Notes under the pieces: model-generated
The model's database searches: none
Seen by the model: only the letters and a program-made list of their open reading frames with translations
Told to the model about the DNA's origin: nothing
Made by a program: the position numbers and the translations under genes
From: an uncultured Planctomycetales bacterium
GTDB taxonomy: Bacteria > Omnitrophota > Gorgyraeia > Zapsychrales > JANLHA01
DNA length: 64,000 bases
Reading direction: 5' to 3'
Assembly (NCBI GenBank): GCA_964474085.1
Contig: CAYYRJ010000014.1
Span: 603-64,602 of the forward strand
Part shown: positions 33,020 to 42,472 of the stretch, piece after piece
Layout of the letters: the number at the start of each line of letters is the position of its first letter
How positions within the stretch are numbered: the stretch's first letter is position 1

Positions 33020-34798
33020 TTAAGTTCTAAAGAATTGTCGGTCAAGAAAGTTTTCGCTTAATTCAATCACCGTCGGGCGGCCGTGCGGGCAGGTGAAAGG
33101 ATCACGGCATTTGAGCAGTTGTTCCTTTTGATATTCAGCCTGTGAGTGTTTAAGAGGGTCGCCTGCGCGGATCGAAGCGCGGCAGGCTCGTCGAGCCAGC
33201 GTTGCATGATCGGCGCGGCTGATATTCCCGCCGGCTAAAAGTTCGCGCACCCCGCGCAAAGGATCGCTCAAAAGCGCCGGGCAGCTGTGAATAGCGATTG
33301 TGTTTTTGTCAAATTGTGTTGAACTAAAACCCAGTTTTTCCAACACTTCCTTTGATTCTTCCCACGTTAACATTTCCGTCATCGAAACTTTGAGCAAATC
33401 TGGTGTCAGCAGATTTTGGACTTCCACTTTTCCGCGGTCCATTTGACGAATCAATGCTTCAAAAACAACACGCTCTTGTGCAGCATGCTGGTCGACGATC
33501 AAAAGCGATCGGTCGGCTTCAAAAAGCAAAAATTTATTGATAAAGGCCCCTAAATAACGGCTGCGCGAAAATTTATTTAAAAGGCTTTGGCCCGCTGGTT
33601 GCAGGCCCGATGATTGCTTTAGAGGCTCCTGGGGAAACGTATATTGTTCGGTCAACTGGGTCTTTTGGGCAACGTCTAAGCCTGGAAGATCAATTTCGGT
33701 TACGGGAGAAACAGCAATCTCAGTGTCGGCGTTTTTTTCCAAAGCACGACGCAGCGATGCAGACTCGTCGGGTAAAATCTGCTTTTGGACAATCTCTTTG
33801 GGTTTGCCTAAGCTCATAAGCGTCTGTTCAACCAGGTGGCGCAACAGCGGCATCAAATGATGTTCGTCTTTGATTTTGATTTCGCGTTTGGTCGGATGCA
33901 TATTGACATCGACGTGATTTGGCGGAATCGTTAAAAATAAACAAAAACACGGGTAATGGTTCGGCGGCAAGATAAGCCGGTAAATGTCGTTAAGATGAAA
34001 GCCGATTGATTTGCTTTGCACAGGACGGCCGTTGATAAATATAAATTGCAAGTCCCGACGGGTGCGGCTTAAATTGATATCACTGAGAACCATATGTACT
34101 AAAAAATTGTGCTCTTTAAAGTCTTCTTTTATTTCAAGTAAATGTTTGGGGTCAACGTTTAAAGTCTCGGCGATGCGCTCGATTTGGTTTTGTGCCGGGG
34201 CTAGCTCCAGAAGGGTTCGGCCTTCATGTGTTACTAAAAAGCGGCACTGCGGATAAAAAAGCGCGTAAGGGACGATGGTTGAAAGGATTTGGTTAAGTTC
34301 CGTCGTATTGGTTTTAAGAAATTTCCGGCGAGCTGGGGTATTAAAAAAAAGTTCTTTGACCTGGATTTGTGTGCCGTTTGGCATCGCCACGGGTTTGTGA
34401 GACATTATTTCTCCGCCGCGCAAATGGATTTCCCAGCCCGAATCTTGATTATTAGTTTTGCTGCGCAGCGTGATATCCGATATCGCCGCAACACTATAAA
34501 GCGCCTCGCCGCGAAAGCCCAAGGAATGGATATTAAACAGATCATCGGCGGTTTTGATTTTGCTCGTCGAGTGGCGTTCGAAAACGATTTTTAGGTCATC
34601 GGGCTCAATCCCGGAACCGTTGTCGGTTAAGTCGATGAGGACCTTGCCTGCGTCCTTAAGGTGAAGCTCGATTGATTTTGTTCCGGCATCGAGACTGTTT
34701 TCGATAAGCTCTTTGAGGACCGATGCGGGACGTTCAATGACTTCGCCGGCGGCGATTTTGCTTATGACGTCCGGGGATAAAATATGGACTCGGTTCAT
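33020..34798 (-). CDS. mutL: DNA mismatch repair protein MutL
   Basis: N-terminus MNRVHILSPDVISKIAAGEVIERPASVLKELIENSLDAG (GHKL ATPase). Start chosen at the second ATG (34796-98), which has AAGGAAA upstream. Stop is 3 nt from the giant ORF stop. Confidence 0.85.
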   Translation of the reverse strand: MNRVHILSPDVISKIAAGEVIERPASVLKELIENSLDAGTKSIELHLKDAGKVLIDLTDNGSGIEPDDLKIVFERHSTSKIKTADDLFNIHSLGFRGEALYSVAAISDITLRSKTNNQDSGWEIHLRGGEIMSHKPVAMPNGTQIQVKELFFNTPARRKFLKTNTTELNQILSTIVPYALFYPQCRFLVTHEGRTLLELAPAQNQIERIAETLNVDPKHLLEIKEDFKEHNFLVHMVLSDINLSRTRRDLQFIFINGRPVQSKSIGFHLNDIYRLILPPNHYPCFCLFLTIPPNHVDVNMHPTKREIKIKDEHHLMPLLRHLVEQTLMSLGKPKEIVQKQILPDESASLRRALEKNADTEIAVSPVTEIDLPGLDVAQKTQLTEQYTFPQEPLKQSSGLQPAGQSLLNKFSRSRYLGAFINKFLLFEADRSLLIVDQHAAQERVVFEALIRQMDRGKVEVQNLLTPDLLKVSMTEMLTWEESKEVLEKLGFSSTQFDKNTIAIHSCPALLSDPLRGVRELLAGGNISRADHATLARRACRASIRAGDPLKHSQAEYQKEQLLKCRDPFTCPHGRPTVIELSENFLDRQFFRT

Positions 34799-34869
34799 GT
34801 GTTTTCCTTTCGTCATTCTGAGGAGCGCAGCGACGAAGAATCTTGTAAATAAGAGATCCTTCGCTTCGC

Positions 34870-37443
34870 TCAGGATGACGTAATTTGGATAGCAATCATT
34901 TGCTTTAATTCCTGGATTTTATTTAACGCTTCGATCGGTGTCATTTGATTGACGTCGATATTTTTAAGCGTATCTTTTAAATTTTCTGCGACAGAATCGG
35001 CAGTGTTAACAAAAAGGGAGAGTTGATCGTCGTTTGATGGCTTAGCGGTTAACCGTGTTTTAAGATTGCTCTGGGACTCAAGTTCATGGAGTATCTTTTT
35101 TGAACGGTTAATGATCCCTTGCGGGACACCGGCGAGTTTTGCGACATAAATCCCATAGCTATCATCGCTGCTGCCCTTAATAATTTTATGCAAAAAAATG
35201 ATTTCGTCTTGCCATTCTTTGACGGCAACGTTGTAATTGACGACGCCCGTGTGTTCGTCGGCCAGGGCTGTCAACTCATGAAAATGTGTGGCAAAAAGTG
35301 TACGGCTTTTTGCTCTTTGAAAATGTTCGGCCAAGGCCCACGCGAGGCTTAATCCGTCAAAGGTGCTTGTTCCGCGTCCGATTTCATCTAAGATGACCAA
35401 ACTGCGTGCGCTTAAATTGTTAAGAATATCGGCCGTTTCACTCATTTCAACCATAAAAGTACTTTGGCCCTTGGTGATATCATCGTGCGCACCGATGCGG
35501 GTAAAGATTTTGTCGACGACACCGACGTGCGCGCTTTGGGCGGGCACGTAACTTCCCATTTGTGCCAAAATAACCAAAAGGGCAATTTGCCGGATATATG
35601 TGGATTTTCCGGCCATATTGGGCCCTGTCAAAATGATCAAATGCTGATCTTTGTCGTCGAGATAAGTGTCGTTGGGAATAAAGTTTTGGCTGGAAGTTTT
35701 TTCAACGACCGGATGGCGGCCCTCCTTGATATCTAAAATAAAATCTTCACTGATTTCTGGCGCGACATAGCCAGCTTCTTGAGATAGAAGCGCAAGCGAA
35801 TACAAACAATCGAGTGTGGCAATGCTCTGGCTAAATCGGTGTAAGCTTGGCGCATGGTCGAGAATTGTTTTTTTGATGTCTTCGATCAGTTCATTCTCAA
35901 TTTTGCGGATTTTGTCCTCGGCGGTCAAAATTTTTTCTTCATATTCCTTAAGTTCCGGCGTGATAAACCGCTCGCCGTTGACTAAGGTTTGTTTGCGGAT
36001 AAAATGTGACGGCACAAGATGGACGTTAGCTTTGCTGATTTCGATGTAATAGCCAAAGATTTTGTTAAACCCGACCTTGAGTGAATTGATTTTTGAACGC
36101 GTGATTTCCTGCGCTTGATACTGGCGAAGCCACTGTTGCCCGTTTTCCTGAATATTTTTAAGCTCGTCGAGTTCTGCGTTAAAACCAGCTCGGATCACCT
36201 TGCCCTCATTATTGGCCAAAGGCATATCAGGATTAATGGCGTTTTCGAGGAGTTTGCGTAAATCCGGGATATCATCGACACAAAAAAGAGAATTTTTTGC
36301 AAAAAGTCCATCGACAGTTTCTCGGATTTTTGGCAAAAGATACAGGCTGTTTCGTATCGAAAGCAAATCTTTTGGCTGTGTGTAACCGCAGCTTAATTTG
36401 GAAATAGATTTTTCTAAATCCGGCAAAGGACTAAGGCACTCACGGAGTTTATGCAGAGCTTGTCCATTGCTGCGCAAAACAGTGACGGCATTTTGGCGGT
36501 TTTGGATTGCATCAACTTTTCGAAGTGGATGAGTCAGCCAGATTCGCAGTTGACGTTTGCCCATAGCCGTCAAAGTGCGATGGATCGTTTTAAAAAATGT
36601 CTCGATTTCAAGCCCGTAATGGGCGGCTGGCGAAAGATAAACATATTCTTCGTCGGTGTAAAGGCTTAAGTGGTTGATGTGGCGCAGGGGTTGACGGTTC
36701 ATCGTTTTAAGATATTCCAAAAGTGCGCCGCTTGTGGCAACCGCTGTTGGCAAGCCTTCAAGACCAAAGCCGTTTAAGTTTAAAACAGCAAAATGTTCAC
36801 ACAGATTTTTGGAAGCAATCTCAAGATTAAAAGACCAGTTTTCCTGGCCGCTTAGCGTTAAAGTTTTTGTTTTTAGAAGCGGGTTTTTTAATATTTCTTT
36901 GATTTTATTTTCTTCGGTCAATGGAAAAACACATTCGCAAATCGGCAAACGCGCTAAAAGTTCAATGATTTTGTGGGGATTATCAAATTGATTGGTTTGA
37001 ATAGTCCCGCTGACCAAATCGGTAAAAGCGATGCCAATGCTGCTACCATTGGGATACAAAGCGCACAGATATCGGGCATCAGAAGAGTTTTCGTCAAGGT
37101 AAGTGCCAGAGGAAATAACGCGGATCACGTCCCGCCGGACGATCCCGACAGCCGTTGCCGGGTCTTCAACCTGTTCGCAGACAGCGACTTTGTGCCCGGC
37201 TTTGATCAAACGGTTAATATAACCATCTGCCGCGTGGTAGGGAATGCCGCACATCGGGGCTTCATTGGGTGTGCCGCGGCCGCGGGCAGTCAAAACAAGA
37301 TCGAGGATTTTGCAAGCGGTCCGGGCGTCTTCATAAAACATTTCATAGAAGTCGCCTAAACGAAAGAAAAGGATACAATCGCGGTATTGCGATTTGACCT
37401 TTTGGTACTGCGTAAGCATAGGGGTAGTCGCTTGCGTGGTCAT
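34870..37443 (-). CDS. mutS: DNA mismatch repair protein MutS
   Basis: MLTQYQKVKSQYRDCILFFRLGDFYEMFYEDA... Walker A GPNMAGKSTY. ...DEIGRGTSTFDG... Confidence 0.9.
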   Translation of the reverse strand: MTTQATTPMLTQYQKVKSQYRDCILFFRLGDFYEMFYEDARTACKILDLVLTARGRGTPNEAPMCGIPYHAADGYINRLIKAGHKVAVCEQVEDPATAVGIVRRDVIRVISSGTYLDENSSDARYLCALYPNGSSIGIAFTDLVSGTIQTNQFDNPHKIIELLARLPICECVFPLTEENKIKEILKNPLLKTKTLTLSGQENWSFNLEIASKNLCEHFAVLNLNGFGLEGLPTAVATSGALLEYLKTMNRQPLRHINHLSLYTDEEYVYLSPAAHYGLEIETFFKTIHRTLTAMGKRQLRIWLTHPLRKVDAIQNRQNAVTVLRSNGQALHKLRECLSPLPDLEKSISKLSCGYTQPKDLLSIRNSLYLLPKIRETVDGLFAKNSLFCVDDIPDLRKLLENAINPDMPLANNEGKVIRAGFNAELDELKNIQENGQQWLRQYQAQEITRSKINSLKVGFNKIFGYYIEISKANVHLVPSHFIRKQTLVNGERFITPELKEYEEKILTAEDKIRKIENELIEDIKKTILDHAPSLHRFSQSIATLDCLYSLALLSQEAGYVAPEISEDFILDIKEGRHPVVEKTSSQNFIPNDTYLDDKDQHLIILTGPNMAGKSTYIRQIALLVILAQMGSYVPAQSAHVGVVDKIFTRIGAHDDITKGQSTFMVEMSETADILNNLSARSLVILDEIGRGTSTFDGLSLAWALAEHFQRAKSRTLFATHFHELTALADEHTGVVNYNVAVKEWQDEIIFLHKIIKGSSDDSYGIYVAKLAGVPQGIINRSKKILHELESQSNLKTRLTAKPSNDDQLSLFVNTADSVAENLKDTLKNIDVNQMTPIEALNKIQELKQMIAIQITSS

Positions 37444-37553
37444 CAGGGCTTATATATAGGGAAGACAAGGTCTTTAAAAATTATGATTATTTATAGCACA
37501 AAAGTAAATTTTGGGGGATAAAACTTTTTCTGAATAAATAGTCGTAACCTTTG

Positions 37554-37582
37554 TTGCAGTCGCAATTAAGCGGTGGTATAAT
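37554..37582 (+). promoter_or_regulatory. Sigma70-type promoter: -35 TTGCAG (37554-59), 17-nt spacer, extended -10 TGgTATAAT (37574-82)
   Basis: ttgttgcagtcgcaattaagcggtggtataatcgcaacc in the AT-rich divergent mutS / coiled-coil intergenic region. Confidence 0.55.
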
Positions 37583-37621
37583 CGCAACCATAATTTGAAA
37601 TTTCCTATCAACACTCGACAA

Positions 37622-40600
37622 ATGACCATGAATAAAAAATTATATCTTCTCTTTGCCTGTATCTCTTTTTTCCTTTTTTCTTCAGCCAGTGCCCATGCTA
37701 ATGCTAATCTTGTGACGAATTATTACGTCGAGAGTGGTAAAAAACTTTTTGATGAAAAAAATTATGAATTAGCAATTAAAGAGTTTAATAAAGCGCTTTT
37801 AGCCGACCCTGACAATGAAGATGCGCTTATGTATTTGCGGATGCTTGGGCTTGGCAGCACAGATAAAGACGAGATAAAAACAAGTCGTGAGCAAGGCGAA
37901 TCCTCGTTTGAAGAAAAGCCAAATAAAAAAACGAAGAAAAATGCTCCCAAACCCGCGGCGTCGGTAAAAAACAATAAGGATGCGGATTTAAAAATTAAAC
38001 AGATTAAAACGCAGGTCGAGCAAGAAGAAAAAGCTGCCATTGAATCTTTGCGAGCGCAAGCTGCCCAAGAAGAGCAAAAGATTTCTTCCAGTGCTGCATC
38101 GCAGAAGTCTGCAGACTCTGATAATAAAATCGAAGATGTGGTTAAGGATCAAAATCAGAAAGTCACTGAGCAAAAGAAGTTAGGTCATAGGCCGGATGTA
38201 GAACAAGTCGCTTGTCCTGGAAAGAATGCGGTTAAAGAAAATTTTAGTGATGCGGCGTGTAAAAAACTTTGTTGCGCATGTGCTCAAAAAGCTCAAGAAG
38301 CTCAAGAACAAAACATTATCCAGGAAGGATCGGTAGATCAGCAACAAAGCACTTTAACAAATTCACAGCAAGAAGTGAAGCCCGCAAAAACTGACATCGC
38401 CGGGTTTGAGCTAGAAAATAAGGGGAGTGTTTGTAAAAAATGTTCGGTCTGTAATAAAAAAGCTGCTAAAAGTGTCAAAAATCAGAAATCAAAAGGAAAA
38501 AAAGTTTCAGATAAAGTTGATGCCGCTGCAAAGACTGCAGATGTCAAAAAAACACCTCCTGTTAAGGCAAAAAATTCTGGGCAGAGTTCTTCTGTGAGTA
38601 TTTCCCAAAAGCAGGATGCTGATGATTTAACGCAAGAGTTGCAAGAAGCTGTAGACGGGCCTGCTCTTTTAGCGGTTGCTAAAAAGGATCCCAGTCCAGT
38701 CGCAGCGAAAGAAAAAGAAGCGGCAACCATTGCGGCTATTAAGGCAGATGGCGTAAAACAGCAATCACAGATTCGCAAAGAATTTGCCGAACAAGAAAAA
38801 AGAAACATCCAGCAAATACACGCGAAATATAAGAGTAAACGTATCGGTAAAAATGAAAAGGCTGTCTTAAGAGATTTAGATGGTGATGGCGTCAAGGAAC
38901 GAATTTCGTCTGTTGAAAATAAAGCGATCGAAAAAATGCTTGCCACAAGTGCCAAAAAAGAAAAGGCGGCATTAAAGGATTTGGATAAAAAAGTTTTGTT
39001 TAAAGAAAAAGCCGAAATTAAGAGGCTTCGTACCCAAAGTCAAAAATCAAAAAAAGAAGTTTCTTTAAAAAAAGTTAGAGCCGGTGATGTCGTCGTCGAT
39101 CAGCCTGATATCGCGGCTGGTGACGATGAGGTTTCTTTGGAGGATCAACAAAATATCTCTCAAAGGAAAGACATTCAAATTCCGGTTGTCGATGAAAACA
39201 CAGAGCCGCTAGTAGAGGCGAGCATAGAGCAAGCTTTGGCGAGTCCTGTTGATAAAAAATCTGCGAAGAAAAAACCTGTTTTAGCCAAACAGCCTGTCAA
39301 AAAGAAAAAACAAACGGATAAAGAAAAAGCGCTCACAGAGACTTCTTTAGCGAAAATGCAAGATGTGGCTACCCAAGATGATGTTTTGCAAGAAGAGCCG
39401 CTGGCTGCAGATGCCTCTGAAAATTTGAGCTCACAGAAGGCTGAGCCGTTATCTGTCCAAGAAAAAGGCGTTGGGGACAGTGAAAAAAGTTTGGATAATC
39501 CGTCAAAGACAAGCCGCAATAAGGCTCGGGATATTAATTCCGAACAGATGGATGAACCACTGCAAGCCTCAAGAGATTTAGCCCAAGAAGAAAAAGCTTT
39601 GCATGAAAAATTTGAGCAAAAAAAGGCCGCGCTTATTGAGGAGGTTAAGAAAGAGTCACAAGATGTTTCTTCAGAAAAGACTTTAAGGCCTAAGGAAGAT
39701 CAGAATAGCTCGTCGGATAATCAACAGGTTGAATCTGCTGAAAAAGTCGGACAAGAGACTCTGTCAGCAGTTTTGGATTCGGGCAAAAATGAAGCCTTAA
39801 AAGCCGTCGAGAGTGAAAATTTGGTTTTAAAAAAGAAGTTGGCTCAAGTTGTAGAAATGGCAGGACAAGATCAGAAGACGATCAAGGATTTGGAAAAAAA
39901 TATTACGCAAAAGAGTGAAAAAGCCCAAATTCTCGAAAATGACCTTGTTGAGGCCAAGCAAACTATCGAGTCAAAGAAAGAAGCGCTCAAAGAACAAACT
40001 GCAAAAATGAAAGATTTGCAGACGCGGATTAGTGCGATGGAAGTCGATTTGCACTCCAAACAGTATGATTTTAAGGACAAACAGTTGGAGTACGAAAAAA
40101 AATTGCAAGCGATCGAAGAAGAATTTGGCAACTATAAATCGGAAAAAGCCAAGAATGAAGAAGAGCTCCAGGGGCAGTTAAAGATTTTGAAAGAAGCGCT
40201 TGCTAAAAAGATTGATGAGCTTAATGAGGCGCAGGAAAAGTTGATTTTTGTCGAGAACAAACTTGAGAAAAGTGAAACTGCTCGCAAGGCGACGATCAAG
40301 GAGTATGAAGATTTAAAGAAAACGATGAGTGACCTCGAAGGCCGTTTGACTGGTTTACCGACGGAAATCAAAACAGATCAGTTGCCAGTCGTTAGTGTTG
40401 ATCCCAAAAATCTTCCTAAGCCTAAAACTTCTGATGAATTTATGTATCAGCAGTGGATTGCACGGCATGATAAATTGATCACCAAGCTTAAAGAGAAGCT
40501 TCTTTGGGCCCGTGAGCAAATGGATTATTTGGGGCGCTATGATATCAAGTTAAGCGATCAAAAAATGGCCGCGCTTAAAGAACAATTGGCTGCTGTCAAA

Positions 40601-40780
40601 AAGCAGTTGAGTGCGCAAGACGGTTCCTCCAGCGGGAAACCGACAGATTATGCTTTGACAGAAGAACGGTTAAAAGATGCGCAACAACGCCTAGAGATGG
40701 TTGAGAAAATTTTGCGTGAAAAAGATGAGCAGATCCAAGAATTAGAGAAGCAATTAAACGGGGTTTTATCAGCGTTCTGA
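37622..40780 (+). CDS. Secreted K/E/Q-rich coiled-coil protein with N-terminal signal peptide and a TPR-like segment
   Basis: MTMNKKLYLLFACISFFLFSSASAHA signal. NYELAIKEFNKALLADPDNEDALMYL is TPR-like. The rest is charged low-complexity with coiled-coil heptads. Track ORF starts at TTG 37595, only 13 nt after the -10, so ATG 37622 or 37628 is more plausible. Confidence 0.6.
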   Translation: MTMNKKLYLLFACISFFLFSSASAHANANLVTNYYVESGKKLFDEKNYELAIKEFNKALLADPDNEDALMYLRMLGLGSTDKDEIKTSREQGESSFEEKPNKKTKKNAPKPAASVKNNKDADLKIKQIKTQVEQEEKAAIESLRAQAAQEEQKISSSAASQKSADSDNKIEDVVKDQNQKVTEQKKLGHRPDVEQVACPGKNAVKENFSDAACKKLCCACAQKAQEAQEQNIIQEGSVDQQQSTLTNSQQEVKPAKTDIAGFELENKGSVCKKCSVCNKKAAKSVKNQKSKGKKVSDKVDAAAKTADVKKTPPVKAKNSGQSSSVSISQKQDADDLTQELQEAVDGPALLAVAKKDPSPVAAKEKEAATIAAIKADGVKQQSQIRKEFAEQEKRNIQQIHAKYKSKRIGKNEKAVLRDLDGDGVKERISSVENKAIEKMLATSAKKEKAALKDLDKKVLFKEKAEIKRLRTQSQKSKKEVSLKKVRAGDVVVDQPDIAAGDDEVSLEDQQNISQRKDIQIPVVDENTEPLVEASIEQALASPVDKKSAKKKPVLAKQPVKKKKQTDKEKALTETSLAKMQDVATQDDVLQEEPLAADASENLSSQKAEPLSVQEKGVGDSEKSLDNPSKTSRNKARDINSEQMDEPLQASRDLAQEEKALHEKFEQKKAALIEEVKKESQDVSSEKTLRPKEDQNSSSDNQQVESAEKVGQETLSAVLDSGKNEALKAVESENLVLKKKLAQVVEMAGQDQKTIKDLEKNITQKSEKAQILENDLVEAKQTIESKKEALKEQTAKMKDLQTRISAMEVDLHSKQYDFKDKQLEYEKKLQAIEEEFGNYKSEKAKNEEELQGQLKILKEALAKKIDELNEAQEKLIFVENKLEKSETARKATIKEYEDLKKTMSDLEGRLTGLPTEIKTDQLPVVSVDPKNLPKPKTSDEFMYQQWIARHDKLITKLKEKLLWAREQMDYLGRYDIKLSDQKMAALKEQLAAVKKQLSAQDGSSSGKPTDYALTEERLKDAQQRLEMVEKILREKDEQIQELEKQLNGVLSAF

Positions 40781-40810
40781 TGGCTTTTATGTGGATGCGA
40801 AAAATTATTA

Positions 40811-40844
40811 ACGGCAATCGTAGCATGGATTGCCGTTTGTTTTA
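40811..40844 (+). terminator. Rho-independent terminator (stem acggcaatc / gattgccgt, loop gtagcatg, then ttgtttt)
   Basis: Sequence aacggcaatcgtagcatggattgccgtttgtttt lies 31 nt after the coiled-coil gene stop. Confidence 0.5.
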
Positions 40845-40874
40845 AAAGGTTTTTTTATAGAAGGAAACGGTTGT

Positions 40875-41654
40875 ATGGCTACAGAAAGCAAATTGATTCT
40901 TGGCAAATTGATTGGTTTTTTGACGGGCGAAATTTCTAAATCGGAAATTTATGAGTGGGCGCTTTATGTGGTTGTTTCCAGTGAGTATGAAAAGTCTCTT
41001 AAGCATGACAAACTGACTGAACAAATTTTTCAGTTCTTGATTGATATCGAAAAACCAAAACTCGCAACAGCCCCGACAAAAAAGATTTTGCAATACTTTA
41101 TCGATTGCTTGGAAGGCAGAAAAAACTTTAGCCCCGAGGATTATAAGGCTTTGATCGGCGATAAATCTGCAGCGACGGGGCAATCTTTTGCAAAACAAAA
41201 TTCACAGGAGATCAAAAAAAATTCAGCAAATTTGACAGGATTAGCAAAACTGGCAAAAATTTATGCCTTGATTTTTGTGACGGGTTCTATTCTCTTGAAC
41301 ACGGCGGCTGTGATAAAGCCTGATTTATTAGTCAAGCCTTCAGAAATTGCTCCGAGTGCTTTTGAGGTTCGAAAGGCAGCTCTGCCGCATCTTATTTATG
41401 GGATCTTGATTTTGGTTGCGATGTCTGTTAAAGTGCCGCGTGTTGTATTTTACGGTTTTATTCCGGTTGGAATTTGGGGAATGTTTTTTTATTGGTCTGC
41501 CTCAACAAGTTTTGGCTTAAAGCACGGATTATCGCTTTTAAATGTTTTGCTGCTTCTTGTATTTGTTGCACTACCACCGACAGCAGCATTTTTTGTATTG
41601 TTAACACAATGGTTTAATCAGTCAAAAACACATCATGAGAATCAGGAAAAATAA
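40875..41654 (+). CDS. Hypothetical protein with C-terminal transmembrane helices
   Basis: ATG at 40875 preceded by AAGGAAA. MATESKLILGKLIGFLTGEIS... The TTG start at 40830 in the track lies inside the terminator hairpin. Confidence 0.5.
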   Translation: MATESKLILGKLIGFLTGEISKSEIYEWALYVVVSSEYEKSLKHDKLTEQIFQFLIDIEKPKLATAPTKKILQYFIDCLEGRKNFSPEDYKALIGDKSAATGQSFAKQNSQEIKKNSANLTGLAKLAKIYALIFVTGSILLNTAAVIKPDLLVKPSEIAPSAFEVRKAALPHLIYGILILVAMSVKVPRVVFYGFIPVGIWGMFFYWSASTSFGLKHGLSLLNVLLLLVFVALPPTAAFFVLLTQWFNQSKTHHENQEK

Positions 41655-41669
41655 TCCAGGAGAAAACTT

Positions 41670-42173
41670 ATGCTAGCTTTCGTTTTGTTGTTTGCAGGCA
41701 TTGCGTCCAGGCTGGTCGTTCATATGCCTAACTTTACACCGGTTTTAGCTCTTGCTTTATTCGGCGGCGTTTATTTAAGTTCTCGCCGGGCAGTATCTAT
41801 GCCGCTTGTGATGATGATTGTTTCTGATTTATTGATTGGCTTGCATGATACGATTCTTTTTACCTGGAGCAGTGTGCTTCTGATTTCGTTATTGGGTTTG
41901 TTTTTGCGTTCACGAAAAAGTTTTTCAAGCATTGCTTTAACTGCAGCATTGTCGGCGGTTTTATTTTTTGTTGTCACAAATTTTGGTGCGTGGCTTATGA
42001 TGTATCCCAAAACTCTTTTAGGGCTGCAGCAATGTTTTTGGGCGGCCGTGCCGTTTTTTCGTGATACGCTGCTTAGCACATTAATCTATAGCGCTGTTTT
42101 ATTCGGTGGGTATGAAGCACTTGCCGTATGGATTGCTAGGACCCGTTGGGCCAGAATTTTGCAACCAGTTTAG
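41670..42173 (+). CDS. Small polytopic membrane protein (about 5 TM), function unknown
   Basis: MLAFVLLFAGIASRLVVHMPNFTPVLALALFGGVYL... hydrophobic throughout. Confidence 0.5.
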   Translation: MLAFVLLFAGIASRLVVHMPNFTPVLALALFGGVYLSSRRAVSMPLVMMIVSDLLIGLHDTILFTWSSVLLISLLGLFLRSRKSFSSIALTAALSAVLFFVVTNFGAWLMMYPKTLLGLQQCFWAAVPFFRDTLLSTLIYSAVLFGGYEALAVWIARTRWARILQPV

Positions 42174-42204
42174 TCCTGTTCTGTTGAATATAAAATTGTG
42201 TGCG

Positions 42205-42335
42205 TTTTATCCGTAAGGATAATCCCGCGTCATATGCGGGAAAAGGGGAATCTCGTGAAAATCGGGAGCGGTCCCGCCACTGTGAATTTCGGATGTTTTT
42301 GATGCTCCGGAAAAGTCAGGTCGCCTAACGCAGCA
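42205..42335 (+). promoter_or_regulatory. Candidate cobalamin (B12) riboswitch upstream of the TonB-dependent receptor
   Basis: aaaaggggaatctcGTGAAAATCgggagcggtCCCGCCACTGTgaatttcgg contains the B12-box GCCACTG (42276-82). The preceding GGGAA...GTGAAAATCC...CCCGCC core matches the cobalamin riboswitch consensus. Position is in the 5' leader of a btuB-like gene. Confidence 0.6.
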
Positions 42336-42472
42336 CATTAAGCAAATTTTTCTGCGAAGACAGAAAACAAATGCTTACACCTTGGGGCTATAGACAAAAA
42401 AGGGTGCAATCCCAATTGATTTGATATCAGTTGGGATTTTTTATTTTTTTAGATCAAAAAACGGAGAAAACA

